A stretch of 63,955 bases of DNA, filler included, from Blastocystis sp. subtype 4 (GCF_000743755.1; 5 parts of 5 records of this genome joined end to end with filler, not necessarily neighbours in it); one strand, 5' to 3'; positions 39,818 through 52,111 are shown, counted from the first letter of the whole stretch. Translations and numbers: made by a program. The notes: generated from the sequence alone by a model not told the origin.

Positions 39818-40776
39818 ATGCAGTTGGTAGGATTGGTTGTTTTTTGATGTGATTCCTGATTGTTTTGGTGCGGGCTTTGATACAATCAAATTGTTTGGGT
39901 TTTATGGATCACAATTATCTGATTATGTGATTAGGCTGACCCTGAAATTAAGATGCGAAGGAAGAGAAAGCAAAAGCGTGCACCTGAAGCTCCCAAAAAA
40001 GCAATGACAGCGTACATTTTCTTCAATAAGGAAATGCGTCAACAAGTAAAAGAGTCTCTCGGTCCGACAGCAAAAGTGGGAATCATGATAACTGGATTAC
40101 ATTAAGACAACTGAAATTGTTCGAGTGATCGCTGAGAAGTGGAGCAATATGACAGATGAGGAAAAAGCTCCTTATGTAAAAATGGCTGAAGATGATAAGG
40201 TTCGTTACAATCGGGAAATTAGCAACTACGAGGGACCTCTTCATGTTCCTGTGACTAGAAAGCGAGGCCATCAGAACCGTTCTCCTGTTACGATTTTCTA
40301 TTTTCTTGATGGTTAGGACGCTCCAAAACGAGCTATGTCACCATTCCTTTACTTCTCGAACGAGAAACGGCAGGAAATGCAGAAGTGTAATCCAGATCTA
40401 AAAGTCACCGATATTTCAGCCAAATTGGGTGAAATATGGCGAGATATGACAGATGAACAGAAGGAGCCGTACGTAAAGAAAAGTGCTGCCGATAGAGACC
40501 GTTATCATAAGGAACAGGAAGTGTTTAAGAGCAAAAATTCAAAACCAGACAATCCAGAAGAAAAGACACCGACGCCGACGGTCAATCCACCAGTTCAGAC
40601 TGTGGTCACTCCGAATCAGTGGAATGTACAAATGAACGAGAATTCAACGAATCCATTATATTCGCGGCCATATGATATATCAAATCAGTCTAGTTCGTTC
40701 ACAAACATTTCTATTCCCACTGGATTTGGCTGTGAGTTATGGATCATGTGTGTAATGAATAGCAATTGTTCAGTAG
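39818..40776 (+). CDS. Two-HMG-box protein (HMGB-like); start uncertain
   Basis: APKKAMTAYIFF..EKWSNMTDEEKAPY and APKRAMSPFLYF..GEIWRDMTDEQKEPY. Confidence 0.88.
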
Positions 40777-40913
40777 ATTTTGTTCCTTTTTGCCGTTTGT
40801 TTGTTACAAAAGAGATGAGTTTTCCAATTGACTACCAACTATGGGTACTTGAAAGTATATTACATACAGCACGCGTATGAAATGTCAGGAGTGTGAATTG
40901 ACGAAGATTGTAG

Positions 40914-41309
40914 TCAGTTCCTTTGTAAATGATGAAGAAGTGACATTGTAGCTTTATGATAGACAAATACAGCAATAATCGGTTGAATACGAGGTCTTCC
41001 GACAGGTCTTCGAACCGCTTTCCATTTGGCATGTGGAACACATTCACTACCTTTGAACTTTTGAATTGCATCATATTTCATAGACGAAGATAATGCTACC
41101 CATGGAGAAAGAGAAAAAGACATACCATTTTTTTCAACAAAAAGCAGACAATCTCGGCACGTAGTGATCCCATTCCTCACTAATTGATGTTCCTCCCCTA
41201 TTGGCTTTACAGAACACCCGCATCGGTGACAGATAATTCTTCCCGTACTTTTAGGGGAGTCCACTCTTTGCATTGTATTACCAATACAGTATGAAAAGAT
41301 ATGGTCCAT
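40914..41309 (-). CDS. Hypothetical small protein with two CxxC pairs and an AT-hook-like motif
   Basis: CHRC...CRDC and RRPVGRPR in a 131-codon ORF. Confidence 0.4.
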   Translation of the reverse strand: MDHIFSYCIGNTMQRVDSPKSTGRIICHRCGCSVKPIGEEHQLVRNGITTCRDCLLFVEKNGMSFSLSPWVALSSSMKYDAIQKFKGSECVPHAKWKAVRRPVGRPRIQPIIAVFVYHKATMSLLHHLQRN

Positions 41310-41611
41310 CTAATTTTATTCAGTTCAACCAATCAAATAACAGAACTGAATAATGAAAACAATGATTGAATACCCACGGTTACATAACATCAAAAACGGA
41401 TGGTCTTTTTTCTGTTTTATAAACAGTCACTTCATCTTTTATGGGAAACATTTTTACGTCATATGTAACATATTATTTTGAACATTCCGATCGTTCTATG
41501 ATTTTTGGACAATCATTCCCTTAGATCATGGAAGCATTCACACAAGTTTAACACATTTTCAGGAAAGTTTATAGTGTGATCCCAACAAGCATCTGATATA
41601 ACCCAATTCTA

Positions 41612-41688
41612 TCATTTACCTCCTCTTCCCTGCATCACCTTCATTCCTCCCAGATTCATTTTCTGTCCACGCATTCCTCCCATTGCTG
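41612..41688 (-). CDS. 3' end of a truncated gene with a Gly/Met-rich tail
   Basis: AMGGMRGQKMNLGGMKVMQGRGGK* at the contig end, followed by TGCTTGTT. Confidence 0.4.
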
Positions 41689-41788
41689 NNNNNNNNNNNN
41701 NNNNNNNNNNNNNNNNNNNNNNNNNNNNNNNNTTAATTAATTAANNNNNNNNNNNNNNNNNNNNNNNNNNNNNNNNNNNNNNNNNNNN
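41689..41788. other. Artificial contig spacer
   Basis: N44-TTAATTAATTAA-N44. Confidence 0.97.
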
Positions 41789-42527
41789 CTTCATCGAAGT
41801 CTTCCAACTGAGCCACACCTGCCATAACATCTCGATTCATGAAATAGGGAGTTTGCAGCATAGTGAACTGACGTTGGTAGTTCCAGTGCATGGCATACAT
41901 AATGATGGCTTGATTCAGAAGAACAGCAGCTCCTTTCAGGAAATAACCACGGTGACCAGCAACACGAACACCACGCTCAGGTCCACAATAGCTCATGATG
42001 ACAATACATCTCACGAGTCATCTCACGAGGAACACCCCACTTCCATACAATTCCATTGTGATCCTATTCTATCAATCCTCGCTATCAAATCCTCACTTCA
42101 TTATTATCGATAATACAAGTATCAGACAGAATATTGCCAATCTTACGCAGTTTGGCATCGCGCTGCTGACGCAGAGTTTCCAACTCCTTCTCTTCATCCA
42201 CAATCTTTGCCGAAATCTCCTTCACCTTCTGTGTCTCCTCAGTGCTGTCTTCACCATTCTTTCTCTTCTTTCCAATCTATTCCATTAAATCATATAATCC
42301 TACAGATACCAGAGTAGACAGCTGACGCTTCTCCTTCTTCAAGTTGTCGATACTACCAGTCATAGCTCTCCATTTCTACAATAATCAACATCCAGAAAGT
42401 CTACATCATCCAGCTCAATCACTTCGTCCACCAATTCGACGCTAGCATAACGATTACGTTGAGACTGACGAACCAGATCAGGATTTCCACCACGGGATAC
42501 ACGGAGTAAATTAATATCAATAGGCAT
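41789..42527 (-). CDS. SARS1: Cytosolic seryl-tRNA synthetase, N-terminal half (truncated by gap; apparent frameshift near 41982)
   Basis: MPIDINLLR..GGNPDLVRQSQRNR, IGNIL, ERGVRVAGHRGYFL and TPYFM..VMAGVAQLEDFDE. Confidence 0.92.
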
Positions 42528-42734
42528 ACTGATTAATTTGGGAGAAAATGTATTGAATGATAGTATTAACTCACCAAATCGAGTCAATTCCCGTGGTTTT
42601 CTTTCATTGATGATTTATTTATGTCTCTGTTATAATGGTGATCTATGGTCTGGGATCTCTATAGGATTTGAGAGATATAAGAATAAGAGACAAAGTCTAT
42701 ATTTTGAATAGATAAAGAAAGAAGCAAAAACAAG

Positions 42735-42807
42735 TCCCATATAGTCTAATTGGTTAGGATAGCAGGCTCTCACCCTGCCGATCCGGGTTCGATTCCCGGT
42801 GTGGGAA
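42735..42807 (+). tRNA. tRNA-Glu(CTC)
   Basis: Cloverleaf TCCCATA..GCAGG-CT CTC AC-CCTGC..GGTTCGATTCC..TGTGGGA-A. Confidence 0.95.
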
Positions 42808-42933
42808 TTCTCTTTTCTATCCATTATCTACACCAAATTGGCTCTATTATGGCTTTGCCAAAATTGGACCTATTTCTGTCACTTCTTTGAATGACTATAT
42901 CTCCATATACAACCACTTTGTATCTCATTTTCT

Positions 42934-43815
42934 ATGGAAGAAGAAAAGAACAGCATTGTAACTACTCAGGAAATCGAGGAACAGGTTGTAGAAAAGGAGA
43001 GTGAGGAGAAAGAGGAAGAAGTACCCGATTTCCCTGCTCTCTCTGCACAAGATATGGCTGTACTTGTATTTATCATTTTTGATATGTGTAGGGTGGTGAA
43101 CAGATTCGACGGATTCGTTGTCCTCCAAATCGATTCATATCCTTATGATTTTACTAATTTTATTGTTGTTAGTGTTCCTTCATTATCAGACGCCATTGAA
43201 GAACAACTGGGAACGACTGATGCGTCCAATTGTTGACCAACTGAAATTATTGATTCGATTTAATCCAAAGACTCGTTGTGTGGAACTGAAGGTATTAGTT
43301 GTGGTTTTCTTTAAGGAGTAGACTTCACCTCATACGGTTGATAGTAGCTGTTTACAGAAGGGAGAGGATTATATTCATGCATTCATGCTTGGATTTGAGA
43401 TTGATGATGCTATTGCTCTTTTGCGAATGGATGATTTGTATATCGGTATATTTATTGAATAGAATGTGACAAATAGAGACATTTGAGATCAAGGATGTCC
43501 GTCTTCTTCATGGTGATCATATCAGTCGTGCTATTGGTCGAATTGCTGGTCAGGTGGTTGTTGAATGGATTTATGAGTTGTAGATGGGAAAGACAAAGTT
43601 TGCTATCGAGAATGCAACTCGTTGTCGAATTGTTCTTGCTGATCAAACGTATGAAAGATATATTTGGTGTAATAATTAGAATTCATATCCTTGGTTCATA
43701 TGCAAATATTGCTGTTGCTCGAAATGCTATTTGTAACTTGATTATGGGTTCACCTCCAAACAAGGTGTATAATCAGATGAAACAAGTTGCAGCAAGACAG
43801 AGAGAGCGTTTCTAG
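42934..43815 (+). CDS. PNO1: Pre-40S KH-domain factor PNO1/Dim2
   Basis: [44 protein letters not shown] and [12 protein letters not shown]. Contains an AT-AG U12-type intron. Confidence 0.95.
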
Positions 43816-43878
43816 TCGTTTATGTGTTATCTTATAGTTTGAATGTTTGTTTGGAATGAAAAGAAGAAAAAGAAAAGA

Positions 43879-43951
43879 TGACTATACCGAGGCTCGAACT
43901 CGGGATCTCTCGCGTGTCAGGCGAGCGTGTTAGCCACTGCACTATACAGTC
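43879..43951 (-). tRNA. tRNA-Val(GAC)
   Basis: GACTGTA-TAGTGCAGTGGCTAACAC-G-CTCGC-CT GAC AC-GCGAG..GAGTTCGAGCCTC..TATAGTC-A. Confidence 0.92.
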
Positions 43952-43993
43952 AATCAACTCTTTCTTTACTCTAACCTATTTCAAATAAACAAA

Positions 43994-44766
43994 TCAACAT
44001 CCAATGTTTGATTTCTTTTCAACTACAAGATATCTACTCTTCATACTATTTGTATTCGTTACGGCTGTAGTTGCTGTATTATTGTACGCATTGTTTTACC
44101 TGTTGAATCCACAGCCAGACTATTACAGAACCCATACAACTCAAAGAATGCCTCATCACTCTTCACTTCCATCTTTCTTATTCCTTTGAATCCTTCCTTC
44201 AACTATTCTTTATTCCTTTTCACTTTCAGCACTTCATAGACTTTCAAATACAATCCACTACCCACTGTCCATTGATAACACACACAATTCTTCTTCTTTA
44301 CAGGTCTGTCTCTCAGCCAATCACTCCAAACCAACATGAATCCAATCTCTCGAATATAACCTCCTCCTTCCTCCGAACAAACATATTCCCCACCTGCTCC
44401 TTCTCTCAGGTCATCACAACGCTTGAAAGTCATTCCTCGATACACAATTGAGAACGTTCGATTTGACCTTTCAATGAATTGAAGGAGTTCATCCTGACGA
44501 TCTGAATCTTAGAATTCAATCTTAAAGTATTACCCGATTTCAAGTAATAATATGTCTTCAATTCATTGAATTGTAACTACAGAGCATTCTTCTCAAGACC
44601 AACATTATACCGGTTGATTTCCATGAAGAAACATTTCACTCATGACTTTGTTGAATTTCATCATATCTGTTTTCTTCTATTAGGTGCTCGACTCCAACTC
44701 TCTCCTACGATTGTTCCTTTTATTCGCAAATAGCGAGTCATCAGCGAAGGATCTGTAAGATTCATT
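43994..44766 (-). CDS. Hypothetical protein, multi-exon (start uncertain)
   Basis: Exons joined by 29-34-nt GT-AG introns, ending PYLVVEKKSNIGC-TGA with TGTTTATT at the usual distance. Confidence 0.5.
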
Positions 44767-44805
44767 TCCTTCAATATCGAAGAAAAGAATGTCAACAAAC
44801 AACTC

Positions 44806-46884
44806 TTAGAATACAATCTATAACCCTAAAGGAAGAACTGAACCTGGTCATTGGCCGTATTTCTACTGAGAATCAGCCGCTTCACAGGATCCACACGCAC
44901 AAGCATTTCCGATGCCAGATTGAAGGACAGAGAAGTATCAATGTTACAATAAGGAAGAGCTGTTTCAGATGGCATCACCTCTTGGTAACTCCGCTTCACA
45001 CTCAACTTCTCAGGTGCACAACGATTGAAGACTACAGGAGCCATAACCATGTTAGAGACTGGTGCATCCAATGATGTCAGATCAGGAAGAAGAGAACTAC
45101 TCTGATCCTTTGATGAAGGCTTGTAACGAACAGCAGCCATAGGAAGAGTCCCTCGATAGATCTCATGAGACATATTCCCAAACCGGGGTTTTGGTTCAGA
45201 TAACCGATCAATGATAATTCGTCCTCCTCGTCCTACACGACCCCGTCTATTCATAAGATCAATCATTCAATCATACAATCGAATACGCTCTGGTATAGGA
45301 GAATGATATGTGGCGTACGTATTCACATTCACTGTATCATTGTAGAAATGCTCATAGCAATCTCGTGCTGATACAGGCAATAGCCAGTTGGTCCCACTCA
45401 TCTCAGTACTTCCTGCCTGGTTAATCACAATGGAAGGGGTCTCACAACGAACAAATTCATGTCCATCCAAAACCCCTCCTAATTGAGCCAAAGCCATCAA
45501 CTGAAGATAATGCTTTTCTTCAGGAGTGATATGATTCAATGAAGCTGTGGTTGTCAATGCAGTGATCTCATCCATTCTACTCGTTATCCTTCCTTCATAA
45601 TGATTACTCTTCAGTCAACGAATTCAGACCCATTCCAAAACGAGAATCCATACTAAATCCTTGACTTACTATTGGATTGAATGTAGCATAAGCATTTGCT
45701 GATGAGTTGGCAGAAAGAATTGAACTCGTTCTTCCCTCATATACAAACATATCCTTTAGCTATCAATCATTCTCTCTCATCTCAGATACATTGAATGTTA
45801 ATGGTCGACTCCCTGAATGACTCGTCAATAGATAATGAACTTCAACTACTGTCTCATAGATATACATAAGCTTCTTCAACTTCAATTGTTCACGTTTATG
45901 AGTCAATTGACAGAGAGTTTGAGCATGTTCCAGATTAGCCTTCAATTCGATCATTCGTTCCAGTATCTCTTCATTTGGCTTACTCTTCTTTCGTAATCGA
46001 TAATGCTCATCCTATTCATCATTCCTTTCTCTTTCATTCACCTTGCTACGAGGTCGAAATACTAGATTCGGATTGGTGTCATTCACATTAGTTAGAGGCC
46101 AATAACGACGTAATAATGGTTTTCCCAACTCTTTCCGTTTCTTCTTCCAATAGTCCAAAATGTGCTTACAAACCTCATGCGAGTCCAGACGACTGAACTG
46201 TAGTTTCTGGATAAAGAGTGTCTCTAGAATGTCTGCTGTTGGTTCACTCTTATGTTCGCCACAATACTTCTCAGTGCAATCCAACATACGCTCGAATAAC
46301 TCCAGAGACAGCTTCTTTGACTCAGCAGCATTATCACCATACAGCTTATGCTTCCTCAGCCACATCTACAACTCATAGTAGACCAACACAATAACTTCAT
46401 CATTGTAATCCAAGTTGTATTCAACACGATTCGCTTCTTCCTCCAATGTCAATGGAATATACTTGATGAATCCATTTGATCGCTTAAATGTATGAGAGAC
46501 TTCAGAGTCATAATTGGGAATCGTCCGAATAGGTGGCTTCGGGATCGAAATACGTGCCTTTGTCAAGAACGATGTCTTCTCAGGAGACTACAGAATGGTA
46601 AGAGCAGAAACACAAAGAATCAACAAAACGGCATCTTGGATCCCATCATTCATTCACTCACCAAGGGATTCTTCCATCTAAAATTGCAATTCAGCAGCTT
46701 GCAATCGTTTGTAGATCCCAAAGTGATGATCAGAACACGAACTTACACAATCATCAAGGTCGTACAAATTCGCAGGAACTCGATCTCCATTCTCGTTGAT
46801 AAAGGAGCCATCGACTGCTAGATGATAAACCCGGATTCGTTTTCCTGGTTGGAGAGGTCTTTGTCGAACTGCAAAGCGTCGCAT
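44806..46884 (-). CDS. EPC: Enhancer of polycomb (NuA4/TIP60 subunit EPC/Epl1)
   Basis: RQRPLQPGKRIRVY, IPKPPI, VEYNLDYNDE, FERMLD, YWKKKR, NPNLVFRPR and RRGRVGRGGRIIIDR. Confidence 0.88.
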
Positions 46885-47547
46885 TCTCCTTTTCTTTCAA
46901 AACCTATTAGCGATTCTTATTGTTCACAATCAGGAAACACAGAAAAAAGCTCGATCCGAGGATGGAATCCTGTTTGCGATCTGTGAATCCAATGGAAGAT
47001 CGAAAAAAAGGTGATCGCCATAACCACTCATTTCCATTTCAATTCATGCAATCATCGATATAAGATTTGAATCATCTCTCATTCATTCTGTATTCTTCTC
47101 CAAGACACAAACACTCTCTATTCAATATCACAGTATTTGAATTCTATTTATGCTCATTGTCCTAATCATCGTTTGAGATTTGAAGTGACTCACAGACAAG
47201 TCATTTGGATCCACAGGAATGTTTGTAAGAGAGGACACATGTCCGCAAGGGATAGGAAGAGACTTCACTGAATTATGGTTCACAGAGTGAGTATTTGTGT
47301 CTCAGATCTTGTAGAAAGGATTATAATATACATAGATATCTATGGACTCAAAATGAATGGGATGGTTGTGGATTGAGTCGTTACTTGGTTTGAAGGTGTA
47401 TCGAATGGATAAATAGAATGTATTCAAATGAATAGAAAGGAATATCAGATTCTCCTAACAAAGAATCCATCTTCCTTTCTTCTTATTTCAATTGAGATTC
47501 TAAATCTATTAAGAGAAATGGAGAGATAATGGAAAGAGAGAAAAGAA

Positions 47548-47619
47548 AGGTCCCACCGAGATTTGAACTCGGATTGCAGGATTCAGAGTCCTGAGTGCTA
47601 ACCATTACACCATGGGACC
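47548..47619 (-). tRNA. tRNA-Gln(CTG)
   Basis: GGTCCCATGGTGTAATGGTTAGCACTCAGGA-CT CTG AA-TCCTG..GTTCAAATC..GGGACCT. Confidence 0.96.
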
Positions 47620-47938
47620 AACAATAAACTTCCTTCAGATGGTTATTTCAGGAATAACTGATGTCATCTTCGTATCCTCCTTTGAATCATTATGAACACA
47701 TCCATTTCTCCATTCCAGAGAGAGATGAGAGAAAAGAATTGTAGAAGAATCAAGTCATTCTTTCTATACACATTTGATAGTTGTTCATTTGACTTGTTAT
47801 CGTTTGTTGCATCGATTCGAACAACAATCCGATGATTCCATGACAATCTCTTCTTTAGTCTTTTTTCCATTTTCATTGTAGCGAGTGTAGAATAGTCTCA
47901 CAATACATTCTAATAGGGTTTGGAGTGGATCGGAGAGT

Positions 47939-47962
47939 ATTCTAGAAAGAGGTTCTAGACAT
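47939..47962 (+). promoter_or_regulatory. Heat-shock-element-like nTTCnnGAAn array upstream of HSP20
   Basis: ATTCTAGAAAGAGGTTCTAGAC lies about 70-90 nt before the HSP20 ATG. Confidence 0.55.
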
Positions 47963-48030
47963 TTGTTCCGTTGTCTTCGTTTCTTCACCCTTTCATTCAC
48001 TTTTATTTATATTTCAGCTAATTAGTTATA

Positions 48031-48510
48031 ATGAGTTTTATTTTCCGTGATCCTTTCTTTGATGGTTTTGATGACTACTTCATGCAAAGTCCTTTCTTCT
48101 CCAAGAAGTGGCTTGCTGATGATAAAGACAATAAGGGAAAGGAGTTGAAGCCTCGTCGTGACCTTATCACTCCTCTGAGTGGTTTTGGTCGAATGGATGT
48201 GAATGAGAACGAGAAGAGTTATGAGATTCGTGTTGATGTTCCTGGAATGGACAAGAGTGAATTGAAGATGAGTGTGGAGAATCACTGTTTGGTGATTGAA
48301 GGAGAACGTAAGGAAGAGAAGGAGGAAGAGGACAAGACATCGAAGTGTCATTTCAGTGAACGTCATTTTGGTCAGTTCCATCGTGAAGTTTCTCTTCCTA
48401 CAAATGCTGATGTGGATAATGTGGCTGCTGTATATGAGAATGGAGTATTGAAGGTATCTATTCCTAAGAAGGAGACTACTCCTGCTAAGAAACAGATTAC
48501 TGTAAATTAG
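48031..48510 (+). CDS. Small heat-shock protein (HSP20/alpha-crystallin), intronless
   Basis: RMDVNENE..VDVPGM..L.IEGERK..ERHFGQFHR..LP..A.YENGVLKVSIPK. Confidence 0.95.
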   Translation: MSFIFRDPFFDGFDDYFMQSPFFSKKWLADDKDNKGKELKPRRDLITPLSGFGRMDVNENEKSYEIRVDVPGMDKSELKMSVENHCLVIEGERKEEKEEEDKTSKCHFSERHFGQFHREVSLPTNADVDNVAAVYENGVLKVSIPKKETTPAKKQITVN

Positions 48511-48600
48511 AGTGTTGTATGATTGTTGTTTGTTGAATCAAGTCAAAAGAGAATGACAAGTATTTGTCTCATAGATGAAAGAATAGAAACCACTTTCAGT

Positions 48601-48682
48601 GCATGGATGCCCGAGTGGTCCAAGGGGTTACGTTAAGGCCGTAATGTGTTCGCACTCGAGGGTTCGAGTCCCTCTTCATGCA
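48601..48682 (+). tRNA. tRNA-Leu(AAG)
   Basis: GCATGGA..TTACG-TT AAG GC-CGTAA, long variable arm, GGTTCGAGTCC, and a T-run terminator. Confidence 0.95.
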
Positions 48683-48777
48683 TTTTTCTTTCTTTCAACT
48701 ATCCCATTTCTCTTTTCTTTCAATCTTTCATCAATAATGTACTAATACAAACAAAAGAAAGGATACGAACTTAGGAC

Positions 48778-49396
48778 TTAACAGCTGTAGGTAGTGACAG
48801 TAACAATCACAATTGCCACAATCAAACCGTAAAGGGCAAGAGCCTCACCGAAAATCAACATAAGAATCATACCCACAAAGATCTTCTCCTGTTGACCACA
48901 AGCGCGGACACCTACACTCACTCAAACTCACAAATACACTTACCGGCATCTCCGGCAATACCAATGGACAAACCAGCAGCCAGACAAGACAGACCACAAC
49001 TAAGTCCAGCAGCAAGATGACCATAACCATTGAAACTAGAATAATGAGTCACACCACCAGTAGGAGCCTTAACTAAACAATTAACATCACTTCAAATTCA
49101 TACTAGCATACACCATAATGATCGAAGCAATCAATCCATAAATACCCAGAATACCAGCCATAATCACAGGAAGCATGTTACGCATCACAGCTTCAGGCTT
49201 GAACACTCCCATCGAGCATACACCAACTCCAGCCTTAGCAGTTCCATAAGCAGAACCAAGATCTAAAACAATCAATTTCACACCCATTTATCCTACTGGC
49301 AAAAATAATAGATGCAGCTACACCCATGAACCCAAAGAAAGGGGCAGATGATGGGCAAAGGTCAGAAACAGCAGCTTCGAAGACGGTAGACAACAT
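48778..49396 (-). CDS. ATP6V0C: V-ATPase proteolipid subunit c
   Basis: [30 protein letters not shown] and [17 protein letters not shown]. Confidence 0.96.
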
Positions 49397-49832
49397 TAGT
49401 CTTACTAACTGGAATACAACTCAATGGATTTGAGAGAAATTGAACAACAACCAAATGGTATCACAGATTCGGTAGTGGGATACTACTACGTTTCGACGAT
49501 TCATTCCATCTATTCTTCACTTATGGTATCGATCAATCCACGATGGAATTCACTTCGATTTCGATTCATTTCTCTTTTATTGGGAAACAATTCTTAGTTT
49601 GAAAAACCAATTTGATATTGTGAAGGATCAAGAAGTAGAAATTGAAATGATAACGACTATTACTCAGATTGCTATTCAAAACTGATATCTTAACTATTAT
49701 ATTTGTATCTTCATTCTCAAATACGAAATCCATTGAAATTGGAAAGGAAATCACTTCTTGAAAGGACTTGAGTCAAGATAGAATGATTCATTCCAATTAG
49801 TAATCACAAAGTTCATTCAAATAGTAGTTTCA

Positions 49833-50931
49833 ATGAAGGGTTCAGTTGAAATGAATGAAGAGTCTGTTTTTGTGATAGAACCATCATCAACAAATCAGGA
49901 AGTTATTCGACAAGTTAAAATTGTGTTTTCTTCTCTTAGAGTGTAGATTGAAACAAATCCAGATATCGTTTTGTCATCAGGAAATTCAAAACCTGAAAAG
50001 ATGAATTCCAAAACAAGAATCAGTCAATTGTTCTTGTTTGTAGTCATTACTAGAAGACACTCGATCTGATCTAATTGAATCTATTTACTCAATTGAAAAG
50101 GTTTTGAATCGATTTGAAGCCAAAATCGTTCAAGTCTTTGAGTCTCACTCTCCCTTTCGTTTATGTCATATTCTCTGTGTTCAATGACCTCTAGTTATTG
50201 ATAATGAGATCGATTCTCTTCGTTCTAGTATCCAAGAGATGCGACAATCCTTGTCTACTGTGTTCGATCAGTTCACTGAAGAACCATCGAGTCACTCTGT
50301 TGATACAAATTCCAATCCGACTTGTTCTTCTCTGGGTCTTGGTGTTGGTGTTTCAACTCATGCTTCGGTCCCTGACCTCCAGTATCTGTCAAGCAAACTC
50401 CTTGAAATCGAGCAATCCTTCTTTCTTCTTCAAAACAAACTTGCTGGAACTGCATGGTGTACTATTCCTCTAGACGAACGAATCTCTTCTCTTCAAGGAA
50501 TGCTTTCAGAACTTGTTCAGAAGACAGGTGTGCTTTCGACTTCCCTTGAAGTTTGTTGTTATCCTCCACTCACATTGTAGCGTGTGTCCCAAGTGTTCTC
50601 TCCTCTGATGAATGAAATGTCTTCTCGAACGAACACTCTGAGTCCAGAAAGTGATNNNNNNNNNNTTGAATCAGAACCACTTATTGAATTGATTCCAGAG
50701 ATAGAAGATAAACTAGAAGGTGTGATGAAGTGTCTGAGAGAAGGAGCTTCCATTGTTTCGGAGTTGGATAGAATCGAACAGAAGCAACAAACAATTGAAT
50801 GTCTATTGGAGTCAAATCGGGAACTGGTTCAGCAAGTAGGTGTATGGAGTCAAAAGGATCCATAGATAAAGACACAAATGCAGAATGAGATCCCAGAAAT
50901 GAAACAGCTTTTAGATTCTTGTAATAGTTGA
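49833..50931 (+). CDS. Hypothetical coiled-coil protein
   Basis: Exon chain with ~30-nt introns and heptad-like segments. TGA is at 50929-50931, then TGTTTCTT. Confidence 0.5.
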
Positions 50932-50955
50932 TTCACTTGTTTCTTGGAAACAATC

Positions 50956-52060
50956 ATGTTCTCTTTCTTATCATTTCGGATGAATGAGTTATGGTTTTTG
51001 GATTCATAGAATAGAGTTCCAAAGTATCTGAAAGGAATTCGATGTTTGGCAACTCGAAATGAGGAAAGAATTGTTGATCTTGATTATTCAGCATGTTATA
51101 CATAGTTCTATTCTCCAATGCAGGCTATTCAATGTGTTGTGAATTCTGCCTATCCCCATGTAACGAAACATTGTATTGTAACCATTGCAATCAACTCTAC
51201 ATTGCCTAAATCAGTGTGTACTATTCAAGGAACTGTGAAAGTGGGTTATTTGAGTGTTTTTGCGAATAGACAGCTCCCTTTTCCCATTGGAGAACGGAGA
51301 AAGGTTGTAGTTGTTTCAGAAGATAAAAACAAACAATTTGATCCTTCTCTAGGGGCAACAGTGATGACTGTCTCCTCCCTCACTAAACAGGCTGAAGCTG
51401 GAGATTTACTTATGGATGCTATTTTTACAACTCCTGACCTTGTTTCCAAGCTAGTTCCTATTGCTCCTGTATTGGTTGTGGAGAAGTGTTATGTAGATAC
51501 TTGGACCCAAACGTCTAATGCCTTCTACCAAACTAGGGACAGCCACTGAACACATTGAAGAAGCTATTCAAGTAGAATCTGTGGTGTTGAATGAGTTTAG
51601 AAGTTCCAACAACCCACTGTGTCCTATGAGACAGGAAAGAGCTATGCTATTGTGAATACAATCGGATTAGTATCCCAAGAAAAGAGTGTTGATGAATAGG
51701 TGAGTCAACCAGAAACCGAACTATTGGCTAATCTTCGAACACTCATCGTAAGAGTGAATATGGATTTATCACCAGAATGATGTGGTTGCTAGACGTTCAA
51801 CTGCTGGTCATGGTCTGATTCATGGTACTTTTGTTAGTTATGAGAACGGACGTCAATTCTATATTGACAATCAATTCCTTTATCCAGGAAAACATTTCTT
51901 CAATGAGAAATATGCAGATTCTTCGATTGTGATCCCTCCAAAGAAGATGAAACTGGAGAAGTTGCAAGACAAGATCCGCAAGCAACTCTTTGATACTCCT
52001 TCCCCAGACCAGCTTGATTTTGAGTCCCCTGTAACTTTAGAAGAGGATGATCGATGGTGA
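50956..52060 (+). CDS. MRPL1: Mitochondrial-type ribosomal protein uL1
   Basis: IQGTVKLPFPIG..KVVV, DAIFTTPDL and ILGPKRLMPSTKLGT, with a targeting-like N-terminus. Confidence 0.75.
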
Positions 52061-52111
52061 TTGAACCTTCAATGATTTGTTTTCAAACGGAATTGGAACA
52101 AACACATCCAA

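Noticed and set aside
42630..42824. Short ORFs overlapping tRNA genes (also 55074-55328)
   Set aside because: They are incidental translations of tRNA-Glu and tRNA-Trp.
46900..47540. Longer non-coding tracts (also 27160-27799 and 57400-57850) as possible snoRNA or snRNA loci
   Set aside because: I found no convincing C/D, H/ACA or Sm-site architecture by eye; an Infernal/Rfam scan would be needed.
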